Source: a virus. From it: 64,000 nt of DNA. The notes beneath the pieces were generated by a model. It made no database searches. It had not been told where the DNA came from and worked only from the letters and a program-made list of their open reading frames with translations. The DNA lies in the IMG/VR virus record IMGVR_UViG_3300042290_000544; one strand, written 5' to 3'. Below, in pieces: positions 18,981-27,956 of the stretch (its first letter is position 1; each line of letters opens with the position of its first letter). A program made the translations under genes and the position numbers.

Positions 18981-20141
18981 TTATTTTAAGGTTTTGCAGA
19001 GCTCTTTATATTTTTCTACAGTGACTCCGGCACGGCTAATGACATAATCATCTGATGGATGCACGTCAAGATCGTTAAATGACTTAATGAGACCCAGCTC
19101 GAGCATTGGTTTCTGGCGGCCGTACGGATGATCGTGAATCTGATGTGATGACCAAAGATTATCTCTGTCAAGATGGTTGTATGCCGCACCTGGGCGGACG
19201 TAATTTTCAACCCAACGAATAAAGTCACAGCACACATCTTCTGCGTTATATGGGAATGCTCCAGTATCAGATTGAATCTTCTCCATGACAAGATCGAGAA
19301 AAGCCTCAGTCTTCATTTTTTTCGTCGGCGTCGCGAGATAAGAAATGCACTCAATGGCATTGGTACCGTAATAGAATGGAGTATCTCGGTGAACATATTG
19401 GGGAAACCAGTCAGCAACGTCAGCAACAACTGCTGCATATTGGAAAGCGAACCTGCGCATTCCGTTTGCTTGATTCCAGCTCAACATGAATTCGCCAATT
19501 TCGCGAAGTGTCTTCTTGTTTCCTGCAACTAAGAAATCTGCAAGTTCAGTGGCCAAACGTGGAGCAAATTCGCAGAGGTAGTAATCGCCACCACGTTTAT
19601 AACCTGCTGGTGGTTTTGGAAATGCAGGAAACTGGTATCCAACTGAAGTGTAAAACGGAGACTTCTCGGTCTTTACGATTTCAGTCATCTCTGGAATTGA
19701 AGAAGCAGTATGAAGCTTGAACAATAACGTATTATGGTAACCGGATGGTTTCGTCGCATAATTGATGGCAGAACCTGTTACGCGGTGAAGAATGAATACG
19801 TACATCCATTCTGCAAGAGAGAACTTCTTTCCGTTCCAGCTTGTCGCCACAGTCTTACGTTGGGCAGTATGGTTTCCTGATGACATCTTCATCCAATAGG
19901 GATGATGTGCATTCCAACCATAAAAGCAATCATTCACGATCTGTGAGAATCCAGCAAATTTACGTTCAACCACATCGTAGAGCTCGACATTTTCAAGCAA
20001 AGCATCACCCATTTTCGACTCAGCATGGGTTAACATCCCATAAGGAGGCTTGGATGAAACGTTGCATTTTTCCTGTTGATCCTTTGCTAATTGATAATAG
20101 CGAAGGAATTCATCGTAATAGTGTGTAGTTGAGAGTCCCAT
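18981..20141 (-). CDS. Putative amino acid:DNA transferase (aGPT-PPlase / HhH-glycosylase-like fold)
   Basis: F-x-Y-x4-D helix, GTNAIECI and NAEDVCCDFIRW resemble aGPT-PPlase C-terminal motifs; located between the nucleotide enzymes and the PLP enzyme. Confidence 0.55.
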   Translation of the reverse strand: MGLSTTHYYDEFLRYYQLAKDQQEKCNVSSKPPYGMLTHAESKMGDALLENVELYDVVERKFAGFSQIVNDCFYGWNAHHPYWMKMSSGNHTAQRKTVATSWNGKKFSLAEWMYVFILHRVTGSAINYATKPSGYHNTLLFKLHTASSIPEMTEIVKTEKSPFYTSVGYQFPAFPKPPAGYKRGGDYYLCEFAPRLATELADFLVAGNKKTLREIGEFMLSWNQANGMRRFAFQYAAVVADVADWFPQYVHRDTPFYYGTNAIECISYLATPTKKMKTEAFLDLVMEKIQSDTGAFPYNAEDVCCDFIRWVENYVRPGAAYNHLDRDNLWSSHQIHDHPYGRQKPMLELGLIKSFNDLDVHPSDDYVISRAGVTVEKYKELCKTLK

Positions 20142-20144
20142 AAA

Positions 20145-20591
20145 TTATTCGAATTTGACAAATTCCCAGGTAATACCTGCTTCAGCGAACATCTGCTGAG
20201 TTAGATTCCACGAGTCTTGCCACGTTGCAGGTATTTCCTGGTATGGCATAACAATGTTTTTAATTCCAACTTGGATGATGCCTTTTGCACATTCAGAGCA
20301 AACTGGCAATCCATGTACAAACAAAATGGATCCATCGAGCGAGACGCCACTATAACTTGCGTTATAGATGGCATTCATTTCCGCATGGACCACATATTTG
20401 TACTTCGTCGGACGATCAGCATACCGATCCGGCGTATCTTGGATTCCGCGTGGGAAACCATTATACCCCTGAGCTAGTACCTGCCCCTTTGGCCCAATAA
20501 TCACACAGCCGATTTTAGTGGAAGGATCTTTCGACCATCCAGCAATCTCGCGTGCCAATTTAAGGTAACGACCTTTCCACTTATTATCCAT
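20145..20591 (-). CDS. cd: dCMP deaminase
   Basis: SKDPST, GYNGFPRG, HAEMNA and CSEC zinc motifs. Confidence 0.93.
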   Translation of the reverse strand: MDNKWKGRYLKLAREIAGWSKDPSTKIGCVIIGPKGQVLAQGYNGFPRGIQDTPDRYADRPTKYKYVVHAEMNAIYNASYSGVSLDGSILFVHGLPVCSECAKGIIQVGIKNIVMPYQEIPATWQDSWNLTQQMFAEAGITWEFVKFE

Positions 20592-21261
20592 TAATAAGTG
20601 CGAAGTGCCGTTCATAGACGTGGAGCGAGCCGACGTGCCAGATGAGGTCTCCCATTTCATAATTATTTTCTCCGAGTGTGTTTAGATCTTGCAGAAGTCG
20701 GGTTTGTACTACGTGTTGCCAGGCACGATCATTTTTATAACCGAAGACGACATCGTTGCTTCGCATTTGAACGATGGCGTGAAGTTTATTGGCTCGAATA
20801 AAATACTGCACAGCATTCGTGCACATGAAATCGGAACAACCATCTTCGCAATAATGCCGGTGCATCTCTGGCCGAGTGTAAATCATTATAGCTCTGCGAC
20901 TATTTGGATTTGCGATAAGCTCATTTCGCGCAGAATTAAATTGTTTATGATTGGTTTCTGAGTAGATGCACCAACCGTAGTTTGAGTTAATCCGGCCATC
21001 TTTTGTTGCGACTTGTTTCCAGATCTTAGGAGCACCGCCAGGAATATCATTGACGTTCAGAGACTGGGAATCATACCATTGAAGTTCAGCATTGATGTAC
21101 TCGTAATTAAGTTTGCCAAAGATGGATTCTTCATCTGCAAAAAATGATGCGCCACACAACTCGAGGGTTTTAACGCCGCTCTTGTCTGTCACATAGGCAC
21201 CGTTCGCTAGAGCATCTTTAAAATGCTGACGAATATCATTAACTCTGGGTAGTGTCATCAT
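20584..21261 (-). CDS. gp42: dCMP hydroxymethylase (T4 gp42-like)
   Basis: Thymidylate synthase fold: INSNYG, DFMCT, MRSNDVVFGYKND (Asp at the TS Asn177 position, indicating dCMP specificity), GSLHVYERH. Confidence 0.88.
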   Translation of the reverse strand: MMTLPRVNDIRQHFKDALANGAYVTDKSGVKTLELCGASFFADEESIFGKLNYEYINAELQWYDSQSLNVNDIPGGAPKIWKQVATKDGRINSNYGWCIYSETNHKQFNSARNELIANPNSRRAIMIYTRPEMHRHYCEDGCSDFMCTNAVQYFIRANKLHAIVQMRSNDVVFGYKNDRAWQHVVQTRLLQDLNTLGENNYEMGDLIWHVGSLHVYERHFALING

Positions 21262-21601
21262 TGCGAGTAGAAGAAATTTTGCGGTTAAGGAAGTCGCGGT
21301 CTTTGGATTGTCCGTCAATGCCGCCGCGGCAGAATGAAACAAAGAAAGACGAATAGTTGATTAGATCTTTTGCAGAATCTTGGAGAGACTCGAAGTTAGG
21401 AGCATAGCTAGGATCAAATTCCATTGCCTCAAGAACACTACGCATGCGCAGTACTTTTGTGTTCATGACGTCAAGGATTGACGCAGCCCCGCGGGGGTAA
21501 TAATCAGCCTGCCGAATAGTGCTATTCGCATTCTGGTAATCATTGGACTTTTTGAGTTGCAGATCTGCACACTCTTGGAGGACTTTGATGGATTCTTTCA
21601 T
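21239..21601 (-). CDS. Nucleotide-modification-associated all-alpha NTP-PPase-like protein (Nmad1/DUF1599-like)
   Basis: KKSNDY...K..R...ESLQDSAKDLINY pattern; heads the modification operon. Confidence 0.7.
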   Translation of the reverse strand: MKESIKVLQECADLQLKKSNDYQNANSTIRQADYYPRGAASILDVMNTKVLRMRSVLEAMEFDPSYAPNFESLQDSAKDLINYSSFFVSFCRGGIDGQSKDRDFLNRKISSTRNDDTTQS

Positions 21602-21613
21602 AATAAAGAGACA

Positions 21614-21642
21614 ATTATACGCTAGTTATAGTAGTTTGTAAA
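21614..21642 (-). promoter_or_regulatory. Sigma70-type promoter of the modification operon
   Basis: TTTACA-N17-TATAAT. Confidence 0.8.
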
Positions 21643-22086
21643 TCACAATTTTTTAGTTAATTTAGGACGTTCGCCATCCCAACCCGTGCCATTCCAGTTC
21701 CATATTCCATAGAATTCGTACTCGTCAGAATCTAAAGGATTTAGGAAAATGTAAATTCGCCTTGCCACCGGAATACCTCGGGCAATTTTATCTTCCATTC
21801 CTTCCAATACGCCCCTCCGATTTGCAGCGCAGGTTATAACTTTCACATCGATTGGCGTGATGCCATCAGGCTCATACAGATCTCTGTATTTTCGATCGTC
21901 ATCCACGTAACCTTGCGACATGAGCCAGAGCTCAGCGTAATGACCACGTAGGCATTGTTTCAAAATTTCATTAAACGTACGATTCTGATGCACTGCAGGA
22001 CTCGGATCCTCATGGATCCGTTTTGCTTCCTTGAAGGCGCGGGAATATAACGACTGTTGGTCGATATCGGATTTCTTAAAAGTCAT
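21643..22086 (-). CDS. Putative PD-(D/E)xK nuclease
   Basis: GHYAE...RDL...IDVK arrangement. Confidence 0.5.
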   Translation of the reverse strand: MTFKKSDIDQQSLYSRAFKEAKRIHEDPSPAVHQNRTFNEILKQCLRGHYAELWLMSQGYVDDDRKYRDLYEPDGITPIDVKVITCAANRRGVLEGMEDKIARGIPVARRIYIFLNPLDSDEYEFYGIWNWNGTGWDGERPKLTKKL

Positions 22087-22514
22087 AGTTTTTGATATTT
22101 GCGGGCTGAACTTAAAGCTTGCATTTCTGACAAAAGACTAGGTTCGTCAATTTCGTGGAGGAGTTTCATGTCCGCAATATTGTAACATACCGACACTCGC
22201 TTGAGTCCTTCGCGATCCTCGCCGCCCACGTATTCCATATCATATTTTGATTTATTGGTGCACTCGTAGACGCGAATATACTTCGAATCGTCATAATCGA
22301 TAAAAATGAGTTTAGCCGTGTCTGTGATGCATTCAACAGTTCCCTTTGAGTTTGGATTGACCGTCATGCAATTGCCAAAGGTTTTGCTCGTATGCCGATT
22401 CTGAATTCTCACATCGTAATCAGTCCGTAGTTGCCGAGTTGAAAGATTTGCCACTTTTCCAAAAAGATTTAAACCCAGAAGGTGAAGCTTTTTGCTTTTG
22501 ATTGTATGATTCAT
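22083..22514 (-). CDS. Hypothetical early protein
   Basis: 143-aa ORF whose ATG lies 6 nt from a -10 box. Confidence 0.6.
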   Translation of the reverse strand: MNHTIKSKKLHLLGLNLFGKVANLSTRQLRTDYDVRIQNRHTSKTFGNCMTVNPNSKGTVECITDTAKLIFIDYDDSKYIRVYECTNKSKYDMEYVGGEDREGLKRVSVCYNIADMKLLHEIDEPSLLSEMQALSSARKYQKL

Positions 22515-22520
22515 ACTGAT

Positions 22521-22576
22521 ATCCTACATCAATCTCTCAGAAAGTAAAACAATAAGAATGTCCTAAGTTATTGATT
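22521..22576 (-). promoter_or_regulatory. Early promoter with IHF-like box
   Basis: AATCAATAACTTA-N15-TTTACT-N16-TAGGAT. Confidence 0.7.
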
Positions 22577-22602
22577 ATCAATGCTTCTTAAATGGTTGCC
22601 TA

Positions 22603-23553
22603 TCAAAGCATTACACTCTTGTAGGCAAACTCAATGGCACGTTCAGCTTCCGCGTTTAACGGCCGTTTCTGATAAAGCCTAGAGGTATCGCTATCAAGAC
22701 TACGGATCATTTCCGCAATCTGCGATGCAGTGATCGGGTATTTTCGCTTTACTGCATTGCACGCAATACTCGACATGATTTTGTAGATCATGCGGTATCT
22801 TCCAGAGCCATCAATCGATGAGATTGCCTTATACTCGTTGATCAACTTTTTATTCACGAAAGGACAATCTGTGTAGGATGACCAACTCACCGCAGTATTG
22901 TTCATCTCTCCTTTTCGATAATTTAGAATTTCTTTCTGAATATTAGGCGGAAGCTTATCAATGAAACTCCGAGATGGTTTTTCGCTGAACGGATGCAGCG
23001 CCATAATCTGATCTGGATCCATGACCTCGCCAGACCGAGCCATAATGAAATTATCAGCATGGGGGTACTGAGCGGGCACGTAATACATCCGGCTCAGATC
23101 CTTGGTCTGCTCATCCGCCATAGAATTAAAATGCTTATTCAGAGCATACCAAAAATGACGAATCTTATCCGGAGGTACTTCCTTGTTCAATTGGAAGACG
23201 ATTCGAAACTTCTTTTTGTCTGGGCGAGATGACGCAGTCGAATAACAAATATGGTTGTACTGAGAATATACCTTCACTGCATCTGCAAAAGAGCATTCAT
23301 ATTCATCTACGTCTAATGCAGCCCAGCCACCCCAGGACGTCACATTGGCATTAGATCTTGTTCCACCTTTGGCATAGACGGCAGGGGAAATGAGAGAAGA
23401 TGATTTCTTCGTCTCGCCCTTTTTAGCCTTATAGCCGGGCAATCTTGAAAGCGTAAAAAGCAACTTTTCGAAGTCGGCCCAAGATTTACAGACTACTAAC
23501 TTGTCCGTCTTATTGTCAAAGACGGAATTAAATACTGTAAGTGAATAGTTCAA
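22603..23553 (-). CDS. Primase-polymerase (AEP-like) protein
   Basis: ALDVD, YSTASS, KFRIVF and KDLSRMYYVP motifs. Confidence 0.7.
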   Translation of the reverse strand: MNYSLTVFNSVFDNKTDKLVVCKSWADFEKLLFTLSRLPGYKAKKGETKKSSSLISPAVYAKGGTRSNANVTSWGGWAALDVDEYECSFADAVKVYSQYNHICYSTASSRPDKKKFRIVFQLNKEVPPDKIRHFWYALNKHFNSMADEQTKDLSRMYYVPAQYPHADNFIMARSGEVMDPDQIMALHPFSEKPSRSFIDKLPPNIQKEILNYRKGEMNNTAVSWSSYTDCPFVNKKLINEYKAISSIDGSGRYRMIYKIMSSIACNAVKRKYPITASQIAEMIRSLDSDTSRLYQKRPLNAEAERAIEFAYKSVML

Positions 23554-23954
23554 TCTGTGAAAATGGGTCCAAGCAATCCTACGTTATCTGCATGAGATGG
23601 CGCAGTCCAACCTTGAGGCTTGATTAGATCTGGAAGACCTAATGGATTTGGCCGAGACTCTTTCACTCCTACTTGTTTAGTGATGTTGGCTTCATATACT
23701 GCAGCCCAGGCTTTTTCAGAATCAACGTCAAAGGCGTCAAGCGTACCGATTGCAACAACGCAAAGATCAATGAGCGCATCAACCACATCATCGGCGTTGT
23801 CTGCCTTTTTCATTTCATCGAGTTCTTCTTGCAAGAATTTAATGCGAAACTCTAGGAAAGCTTTAAGCTTTTCTTTGTCGAATTCACGTACAATTGGATT
23901 TACTCCAAATTTGCGATGCATATATTCAATGTCATGTACCCAATTAGTTTTCAT
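23550..23954 (-). CDS. MazG-like NTP pyrophosphohydrolase
   Basis: EELDE...VDALID...AN..K, DLIKPQGW. Confidence 0.85.
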   Translation of the reverse strand: MKTNWVHDIEYMHRKFGVNPIVREFDKEKLKAFLEFRIKFLQEELDEMKKADNADDVVDALIDLCVVAIGTLDAFDVDSEKAWAAVYEANITKQVGVKESRPNPLGLPDLIKPQGWTAPSHADNVGLLGPIFTD

Positions 23955-23992
23955 AAGTTAATAATAATTTAGCTGACGTTTATTGTAAACAC

Positions 23993-26518
23993 TTAAGTGA
24001 AGAATTCTTCAAGATTCGAGGTTTTTTCCATGGTCCATCCAATAGAATCAAAGATAATAGATAAAGGATCCAGGAAGGTTTTCTGAAATTGAAGATCGTG
24101 ATCAATATATCTATGCAGACCTAATTCTTTTGGGAGACCATCTACGAAAGAAATTACATTTTCTTGCATCGGGTTTGGAGTTTTGAGATAGATGAATTTG
24201 ATTTTATCACCGCTACGAATTAGCTGATGCTTTTTTTGAAGGCTGCGCTTCACGATCTGATCGTTAAAAAGCAAGCATCCGCGAACATGGATCGGAGTTC
24301 CTTTCTTGTAAATTCCGCCTTCCGCCCTGTTCGAATATCCCGAAACATCCGATGCTCCACGGGGGAATGCAATCTCTTCTGGAGGTAATGAAATAAAGTT
24401 TTCGCGGATTTTAACAATTTCAAGTTGAGCTTCAGCTTCAGATTTTGTCATAATGACCTCGAACATTTTCTTTAACCCATCACGGCATACTGCCGGAGTT
24501 GAAGATTTTACTGCTTCGATTCCCATGATCTTAATCTTAGGTTTGGAGTATTGAACACCTTCATTGTTGTGAACATTCAGGATATATCGTTTCTTTGCTG
24601 TCCAAATACCACGATCCGCAATTGCCTCGCGTTTCATTCCCATACGATTTGTTGGACAGAACATGGTCTTCGACAACAGCTCATATGATGCGGTTAGCAT
24701 AGGCTCGATAGCCTTTGCACAAAATTCATCCAAGAACTTAACGGGATTCTTAGGAGCAAAGCTTTGAACGATTGGATCCATTGAAACATACAATGAGTCA
24801 GTATCGATAGCGATAACGTAATCTTTGTCTTTCGATTTAAGAGTCTTATTTAGGAAACGATTTACTTCCTTTTCAGCCCAGCGGATTGCTAATTGGCCCG
24901 ATAGAGTTGTCGCCTCGGCAATTCGCATATCGAAATACCGAAAGTACTGATTGCCCAGGGCGCCGTAGAGTGAGTTGAGAAGAATTTTAACTGCAATCTG
25001 TTGATTCTCGAGGCGAGAGATTTCTCGTTCGCATCTAAAATACTCAACCTTGTTACCCTTGTCGATAGTCTCGAGCCGCTTCTTTTCCTGAAGCATGGCT
25101 TTCTTTAGGATAACACGCTTGTCATAGATCTCAGTAATGATTCGAGGGATTACACCGACTTTGTCCGTACGAAAATGGACGCCATTTGCAGCCATGATGG
25201 TTCCGGGCATATGAGGTTCAAATGGCACATCATTCAGGATTACATCGGGTGAAATACCTGGAGTCGTCTCAGACGTGATCGTCTCGGGTGACATGTTGTA
25301 TTGGATGATGAGATTCGGATACAGAGAATTTAAGTCGAATGAACAAACCCAATTATGTAGACCCACTTTTGGTTCTTTCACATAACCGCCCGGATAATCA
25401 GCCTTAAAGTTTTTAACAGATGGGGGGATCGCAATTGCCTTACGAGCAAGATCTCGATAGATAATCGAATCCCAGATTGCCGTAGTTCCAAGCGTATCGT
25501 TATAATTTACACCGCCGATGTAGGCGAGAGTGAGAACTAAAGTAATGAGACCTAGTTTGTCTTCGAGACGATCCACGATCTCAACGTCTTTGATGTTGTA
25601 ATCCACGAAGGTTTGATAGTTCTCTTCGTAAAGATTGTGCAGAGAACCATATTCTTCGTAGGACAGTTTTCCATCTCCAAGAACAACGTGTGCAATATGG
25701 CCCAACTTATAGGACTCCTGATTGCCATACGTGTGAGTCGTAAACTTTTTAAACAGATCCATGTAGTCCAGCTGAGCGATGCCGGTAATCTCGTAGATCT
25801 TCATCGGACGACCTTTAATCACGGTCTCTTTAGGTTCTACTTTGCCAAAAGGCGAAAGTAGATTTACGGTCCCCTGACCACATATTGAAATGATTCGATT
25901 CACGATATATGGAATATCGAAGCCGCGGCTATTCCACCCCGTGATAATGTCAGGATTGTTTTTTGGCATGGCGAACCAAGTTACAAAATCTAACATCATC
26001 GTTCGCTCATCGACGAATTGACGGTATTCGACTTGAGAATGAATTAGCTTTTTATCAGCATCATACGGTTTTGTACCCCATACGTAATATACGTCATCAA
26101 TGCTATTTTTAACCGTAATGGTAATAATTTCGTGCAGCGCATCTTCGGGCTTTGGAAAGCCGTCATTCGACATTACCTCGATGTCAAGCGTGGAAACATT
26201 AATGACATTGCGATCGAAGTGGATTTCATCCGGAAAACGCTCTTGAATAAATTGAGCAACATAGCGAGTATTTCCATAGATCTTAAAGGATTCAAGGTTC
26301 TCGTAAGGAGCCATGAATTCTTTAGCATCTTTCATCGAATCAAACTTCATAGGCTCAACCGGAGTGCCATCCAGCGCAGTCCAGATGGTTTTCTCATGCT
26401 TTGAAGGGAGATACATGGTGGGCTTGAACTTCACACGTTCGGTTACGCGCTTACCGTTATTATAACCTCGGTAAAGGATATGCGAACCCCATCTGCTCAC
26501 ATTAGTATAGAATTTCAT
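23993..26518 (-). CDS. gp43: Family B DNA polymerase
   Basis: DIE exonuclease motif, SFDLNSLYP, KILLNSLYG, IDTDS. Confidence 0.97.
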   Translation of the reverse strand: MKFYTNVSRWGSHILYRGYNNGKRVTERVKFKPTMYLPSKHEKTIWTALDGTPVEPMKFDSMKDAKEFMAPYENLESFKIYGNTRYVAQFIQERFPDEIHFDRNVINVSTLDIEVMSNDGFPKPEDALHEIITITVKNSIDDVYYVWGTKPYDADKKLIHSQVEYRQFVDERTMMLDFVTWFAMPKNNPDIITGWNSRGFDIPYIVNRIISICGQGTVNLLSPFGKVEPKETVIKGRPMKIYEITGIAQLDYMDLFKKFTTHTYGNQESYKLGHIAHVVLGDGKLSYEEYGSLHNLYEENYQTFVDYNIKDVEIVDRLEDKLGLITLVLTLAYIGGVNYNDTLGTTAIWDSIIYRDLARKAIAIPPSVKNFKADYPGGYVKEPKVGLHNWVCSFDLNSLYPNLIIQYNMSPETITSETTPGISPDVILNDVPFEPHMPGTIMAANGVHFRTDKVGVIPRIITEIYDKRVILKKAMLQEKKRLETIDKGNKVEYFRCEREISRLENQQIAVKILLNSLYGALGNQYFRYFDMRIAEATTLSGQLAIRWAEKEVNRFLNKTLKSKDKDYVIAIDTDSLYVSMDPIVQSFAPKNPVKFLDEFCAKAIEPMLTASYELLSKTMFCPTNRMGMKREAIADRGIWTAKKRYILNVHNNEGVQYSKPKIKIMGIEAVKSSTPAVCRDGLKKMFEVIMTKSEAEAQLEIVKIRENFISLPPEEIAFPRGASDVSGYSNRAEGGIYKKGTPIHVRGCLLFNDQIVKRSLQKKHQLIRSGDKIKFIYLKTPNPMQENVISFVDGLPKELGLHRYIDHDLQFQKTFLDPLSIIFDSIGWTMEKTSNLEEFFT

Positions 26519-26553
26519 ATTACAATCCTATCATGTTGTGCGGGTTTGTAAAT

Positions 26554-26585
26554 AAAAAAGAGTGGTGACTGTAAAGCCACCACTC
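26554..26585 (-). terminator. Intrinsic terminator after hsp20
   Basis: GAGTGGTG hairpin followed by a T-run on the minus strand. Confidence 0.75.
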
Positions 26586-26609
26586 GTACAAGGATCAACT
26601 AAGAGTTAA

Positions 26610-27029
26610 TTAGTCCTGAATAAAGGTCGAGCCAATCTCAATCTTCTTTGGGCGTTCTGATTCTGGAACAACCTTAGTGAGCGGAATCGAAAGAATTCCA
26701 TTCTTAAGGTCGGCACCTTTTACCCGAACGTATTCCGACAGCGTAAAAGTTCTGGTGAACTTACGGGTTGAAATACCCTTGTGATTATAGACGCGGGTGT
26801 CTTCCATTTCGCCGCTGACAGTAAGGATCGAATCCTTTAGCTGAATGTCGAGGTCCTCCTTAGAGAATCCTGCAACGGCAATTTCCACCAAGAAATTATC
26901 GTCATCAAGATAGACGACATTGTGCGGTGGGTATGTATCCTCTCTTAAGGAGACTCTGTTGAGCTCGTTGAAGAGATGGTCGAAGCCTACAAAGGCCGAC
27001 CGTGGGAACGTGTATGTATTTCCTGACAT
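26610..27029 (-). CDS. hsp20: Small heat-shock protein Hsp20/IbpA-like
   Basis: GFD, YPPHN, EIAVAGF, KGISTRKFTRTFTL, NGIL, PKKIEI. Confidence 0.95.
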   Translation of the reverse strand: MSGNTYTFPRSAFVGFDHLFNELNRVSLREDTYPPHNVVYLDDDNFLVEIAVAGFSKEDLDIQLKDSILTVSGEMEDTRVYNHKGISTRKFTRTFTLSEYVRVKGADLKNGILSIPLTKVVPESERPKKIEIGSTFIQD

Positions 27030-27126
27030 GCTATTTTACCTCCAGTTATGCAAGGTTATGTAATCTCCGACAACCCCAGTTGGGCATTATCGGTCGATGG
27101 CGTAATTGCCATCAAATTTATTTATA
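27030..27126 (-). promoter_or_regulatory. Late promoter plus ROSE-like 5' UTR of hsp20
   Basis: TATAAATA at 27119-27126; hairpin at 27067-27093; CCUUGCA-UAAC-UGGAGG pairs over the SD with a bulged G. Confidence 0.6.
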
Positions 27127-27591
27127 TCACTTCGTGTTGCCGATATTGTACTTTGGGAGCAATTCCCAATTAGCTTTATCTCGGTACGGAATGATCTTAA
27201 TCTGTCTGAGTGGTGCCTTATCCTTGGACTGTTCCGAATTTACGATTGAAACCAGACCCCAATCCGAAAGAAGGGTGGCAATGGTATTCCGTCTTTGTAA
27301 ATCATTTACATTTAGATTGGACGGCTTGCCATCAAGAAGAAACAGTTCTTTAAAATGCACAATGAAATACCGACCCTGCTTGTGTAGGATATGGCATGAT
27401 TGGTATAGCTTGTTGGAAGACTTCCGAGAAGCAACACCAATACGGGTGAGTGTCTCACGAACCTTAAGGAAATCATCCGGCTCATTCAAGGTTATCTCAA
27501 GCATCATTGCAGGAGTCCATGCCACAGGGGTTTCGTCCACGACGGTCCCTTGGATAGGATCAATGCTTTGATTTGGTTGTTGAGCGTCCAC
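27127..27591 (-). CDS. regA: Translational repressor RegA
   Basis: DDFLKVRETLTRIG, LYQSCHILHKQGRYFIVHFKELF. Confidence 0.96.
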   Translation of the reverse strand: MDAQQPNQSIDPIQGTVVDETPVAWTPAMMLEITLNEPDDFLKVRETLTRIGVASRKSSNKLYQSCHILHKQGRYFIVHFKELFLLDGKPSNLNVNDLQRRNTIATLLSDWGLVSIVNSEQSKDKAPLRQIKIIPYRDKANWELLPKYNIGNTK

Positions 27592-27955
27592 CTTTAAATA
27601 GTCTTTGTTTAAGTTCGTTTAGTTGTTCGGAACTCAAAATTGTCAAAGCGGATCTAGCCTTTTCATTACTATATCCATAATGTTCTTTAACAATCAAGAG
27701 GTCTTCCGATTCAGTTGGTTTGAGCCATTTGCTGAATCGTTTATTCCTACTAACTATATTTATAAGATATTCGTATTGGAGCCTCTTGTCCAAGTGATGA
27801 TTTTGGTTCATCTCATTGGCAAAGCCCACGGTATCCGCAAAGTATGAAAGACCTCGATTCACCATAAACGGAAGGTATTGCTTTTCGGCAATATCGTCGA
27901 CCATGATATTGGTCTTGGTCATGTTGATGGAATTAAGGTATTCAAACGGATTCAT
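27560..27955 (-). CDS. gp62: Clamp loader small subunit
   Basis: Y.PFMVNRGLS, KRFSKW, YGYSNEKA; synteny. Confidence 0.9.
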   Translation of the reverse strand: MNPFEYLNSINMTKTNIMVDDIAEKQYLPFMVNRGLSYFADTVGFANEMNQNHHLDKRLQYEYLINIVSRNKRFSKWLKPTESEDLLIVKEHYGYSNEKARSALTILSSEQLNELKQRLFKGGRSTTKSKH

Positions 27956-27956
27956 G

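Noticed and set aside
20584-21261. Annotation as thyA or dUMP hydroxymethylase
   Set aside because: Asp rather than Asn at the specificity position indicates a dCMP substrate, and ThyX already supplies dTMP.
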